Notes under the pieces: model-generated
Told to the model about the DNA's origin: nothing
Seen by the model: the letters and a program-made list of their open reading frames with translations, nothing else
Databases searched by the model: none
Source: Chrysomallon squamiferum
Lineage: Eukaryota > Animalia > Mollusca
Direction: 5' to 3'
NCBI GenBank assembly: GCA_012295275.1
Contig: CM022672.1
Coordinates: 32,488,001-32,552,000, forward strand
Length of the DNA: 64,000 nucleotides
Translations under genes and position numbers: made by a program
In this document: one piece after another, positions 56,005-64,000 of the stretch
Layout: every line of letters begins with the position of its first letter
Numbering within the stretch: position 1 is the first letter of the stretch

Positions 56005-56196
56005 CTGCAAAATAAATAAATAAAATTAATTTCTGAAGAAAAAAAAAGAGCAACATTTTTATCAGTGACAACCCTCAACTGAGAGTAGTAGACTGTCTCC
56101 TTGGCTGATCTGACTCTGGATTCTGACAAACACAAATTATTTATATTACTGATTCAGAAAGAATTTTGAAATACTACAAGAACAACAACAACAACA

Positions 56197-56266
<70 letters not shown>

Positions 56267-57383
56267 ATAATAATAATAAAATAATTATAAAAATAAACTA
56301 AGTAATTATAAATAAAGAACAAATAAATGGAACCTTAAAAAAAGTAATATTTCAAAAAATATAATAAATAAGAAATATATTATGTTATAACAAATAAAGA
56401 AATAAAAAGTAAAAAGTAATACAACTATCTGTTGAAATGAATGTCTAACCTGAATTTACTATTGTTATAATGTTTAATGTTTATTAGTGGTTTTTTTTTC
56501 ACTTTTCATTTGAAAACCATGTTATAGTCAATTAATTCTGTCTAGTGCATTAAAGAAAAAAGTTTTTACATTAGTTTTTACTTTCTGAATGTTATATGAG
56601 ATGAAACAAAAAAAATAAAAACTAACAAAGAACCCACATTTATCAGTTTTGAATGATTACTATGGATTTTGTCATTTTTGACTTTCTCTTTTTTTTATTA
56701 ATTTCTTGTTTTCTTTTATAATGTTTTATTTCTGTTATAAAATATGAATTACTAGTATCCCATTTCATGAACCTCTCCAACCCAATCCAATATATACATA
56801 TTATTCAAACTGCTGTATTTCTACAAAATAACAAAGAAATTAGTCTCTGTTTACATACTTCAAAAGAAATAATTTAAAAAAAATAAAAAAAAAATTCATT
56901 CATATTTTGAAAGACCAGAAAGTTGTATAAAGGTTATGTGAAAAGAATAGTCAGTTTTACCCAGACTTTTTTTTGTGTCATTTTGTAGTGTTTGTTTTAA
57001 ATATGTATATTCCACATTTGGAAACTCTACCACAAATAGTTTTCATATAGCATCTTTCTAAAAATGTTAGAATAGTACAAAAAAGATAGATGACAGAAAC
57101 AAAAAAAGTAAACAAATGAAGTTTAAAAACCATATTTCCATTTATTATGTCTGTAGGGGTTATGTTATGTATCATTATTACATAATCTGTGTAAATGAAA
57201 TGTAAACAAGCATTATTTATCTCAGTTAATTACAATTATGTTACACTTTCAGGTTTTGTTATTATATCTTATCATTTCATATAATAATATGAAAATATCA
57301 TAAATGTTTCCATATTTTAATAGTCAAATCCTGCATTAATATTAAGCAATAGGTGTAAGTAATTTAACTTGTTTATCTCTTAC

Positions 57384-61460
<4,077 letters not shown>

Positions 61461-62017
61461 CTAAATAATAATAAAACTAAAAAAATAATAATAAAATAAA
61501 TAATAATAATAAAAACCTGTAATATAATATTTATTAATAATGAAAAATAAGGAAAATTAATTAATTTGTTTTACTTTAATTTAATTTGAAAACCTTATAT
61601 AAATTATTTATTTATTTATTTTTTATTTATTTATTTTTTTTATTTTTTATTTAATTTTTTTTTTTATTTTTTTTATATTTTTTTTTTATTTTTATTATTA
61701 TTATTTTTATTTTTATTATTTTTAATTAATTTGTAATTTATTATTTTTTATTTTCAATTTGTTGTTTTGTTGTTGTTGTCGTTGTTGTCGAATTTGTTGT
61801 AATAAATTTTTTCGGAAAGAATTGTAAAGCGTCAGTTGTTTGTGCAGTGTTTAAGGTGAAATTCACATCAGCAGTGAGTACTGAGAACTGGATGGGATGG
61901 TATGGGGTGGGGGGTGACCTAGTTTATTAATTTTGTTTGAGCGCTGCGACACGACTTGAAGTCGATCGATAAACGAGTTGTCATGGCAGCGAAACATAAG
62001 CTGCCTTGTTGTTTCTT

Positions 62018-62052
<35 letters not shown>

Positions 62053-62859
62053 TTTTTCTTTATTTTTGTTTTTGTTATTTTTATTGTCCTTTATACTGTG
62101 ATGATGATGATGATGATGATGATTAATATATTGCTCCCCTTTATTTATTTTTTTTTTTTTTTAAATTTAGCAAATAAATAATAATAAAATTTAACAAAAA
62201 AAAAAATTTATTCAATATTTTATTTCCGTATTTATTTCTAAAATGATATTTTTTAAAGATTTATTTCGTTTCGTTTATTTCAAAATTAAAACGAAACGTT
62301 TCGACTGTGAATATGTGTGTGTAAGAGAGCTTGTGTTATATATATTTATAACATAACCTGTTACTGAAAATTAAAGAAATAGAAATTATAATATTTAATT
62401 TATCGCCAACTCGCATGTCCTCAACCACTAAATAATAAGTATACATGTGTAAAAGAAATAATTTTCTTTGTAATTTAAAAATTGTGTTTTGTTTTGATGT
62501 TCATAGTGGATACTTGATATTATATATAGTTTATAACTGTAGTATATGCAAATATATGTATCTATTATAATCAACCGTCACAATTTCTTAATTACACAGT
62601 CAGCGGGTACACAAAAGGCGCAATTCCTAGACAAGAAACGAGCCATATTTTAATAGGTTCGTTAGCACTCGAGAGCTAACACCTCTTATGCGCTGGGCTT
62701 CATGACAACAGTGATGATGACAATATTTATAATAATCATAGTGACATGATATAAAAGCTATCCACCATAAAAACACACATTAACAATAACAGCGGTAATA
62801 ATAATGATAATCATTAAAATGGTACTAACAAAGCAAGACAACCCACATAATAATAGGTA

Positions 62860-62902
<43 letters not shown>

Positions 62903-62906
62903 GTTG

Positions 62907-62938
<32 letters not shown>

Positions 62939-63029
62939 GGTGGTGGTGGTGGTGGTGGTAGTGGTGGTGGTTATGGTGGTGTGTGTTTGTTTTGTTTGAT
63001 TTTGTTTGATTTTTGTACATGTCTGCTTC

Positions 63030-63190
63030 TATCACCAAACACAGGTCACATGGAGGAAGATCCAGACTCTTGGTCTTGTACAGCGATATAGAGAAGAGGA
63101 GGACGTGAAACTCTTCTGTGGCGTGCTAGATGGACTCGCCTTCTTACTAGTGGATGATGTCACTGAGGGTCTGTCATTAATAATTAAATT
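63030..63190 (+). mobile_element. MULE/Mutator transposase fragment
   Basis: TQVTWRKIQTLGLVQRYREEEDVKLFCGVLDGLAFLLVDDVTEGL resembles the segment after the C-x-F-H motif of MULE transposases. Confidence 0.75.
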
Positions 63191-64000
63191 GATTTAGTAG
63201 TAATTAATTCATGAGGCAAGTAACCCGGTTCAAGTCTAGTTAAAGTTTTTATTTTGACGATCTGAGGCTGAAAGTGAAAGGCAGACGACACTATCTCTAG
63301 TGCAGCAATTACAATCGACTTTATTTTTTTTTTAATTATTATAATTATTATTATTATTTAAGTAAGTTTAAAATGAAATATAAGAAATGAATCTAAGGAT
63401 ATACATTGTCTAGTGTTTGTTTGTTGTTGTTTTTTTTATAAATTTTAATATAACTCTTGTAATAAAAGTGTCTGTGAAATAAATATCATTATCCAAAAAT
63501 AGCAAGTGACGTCACTTGTCAGAATTGCTTCTGTATTTTCATATCATCACATTGACTTGTGACAGAGAACGTAATGCTGTTATCTGATCATATCGGTGTG
63601 TGTTATTAACTTGCAGAAAATAGAAGATATTTTCAAATACATTATTTTATTACGGAAGATTTTTCGATCAAAAATGAAATGTTTATAGCACATAGACTCT
63701 CATTATTCAGTGCTACTTTAGCGTATGATCTACGCGATCTAATGATCTACACCGAGCAAATTCAACTTTGGTCTTATAGACCACAGCGCTTTATCTTCAC
63801 TGGCACTAGGGCCGCAGACATTTCATTGTGGTTACGTAAACTCTGAAAACGTAACATATATGATTTTGTATAATTTTCTAACAGTGAACCTCTGTGACTG
63901 AAAATGCTGCATGTAAATAATGGGTGCGTTTACATATTTCCTTATAAACTGACTTCTTTCTTGTTGATTCCCATTAAAGCAAACAATAAAACCGTTATTA

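Overview
Eukaryotic, very AT-rich, microsatellite-dense genomic DNA, most likely an invertebrate such as a gastropod mollusc (inferred from repeat types, not verified). Most ORFs in the track are simple-repeat artefacts. Reading GT-AG exons by hand gives four gene-like units, all on the minus strand. (1) An 11-exon EGFR/ErbB-like gene (46262-36477, 577 aa as spliced) with signal peptide, L1, CR1, L2 and the start of CR2. Its frame is unbroken, but it runs into a (TTA)n-encoded poly-Leu tail and a stop; no transmembrane or kinase exons are visible downstream, and the dimerization-arm tyrosines appear lost. This candidate decoy receptor is the main finding. (2) An intact two-coding-exon BTB-BACK-PHR (BTBD1/2/3/6-like) gene (25351-23812, 438 aa). 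(3) An intron-retaining pseudogene of the DHX8/Prp22 3' end (56004-54670). (4) About seven unidentified, partly disabled exons just upstream of it. Also present: MITEs, remnants of hAT, MULE, Academ-like, Gypsy and L1/Tx1 elements, a 38-bp minisatellite and several local duplications of exon ends. No rRNA, tRNA or CRISPR array is supported.
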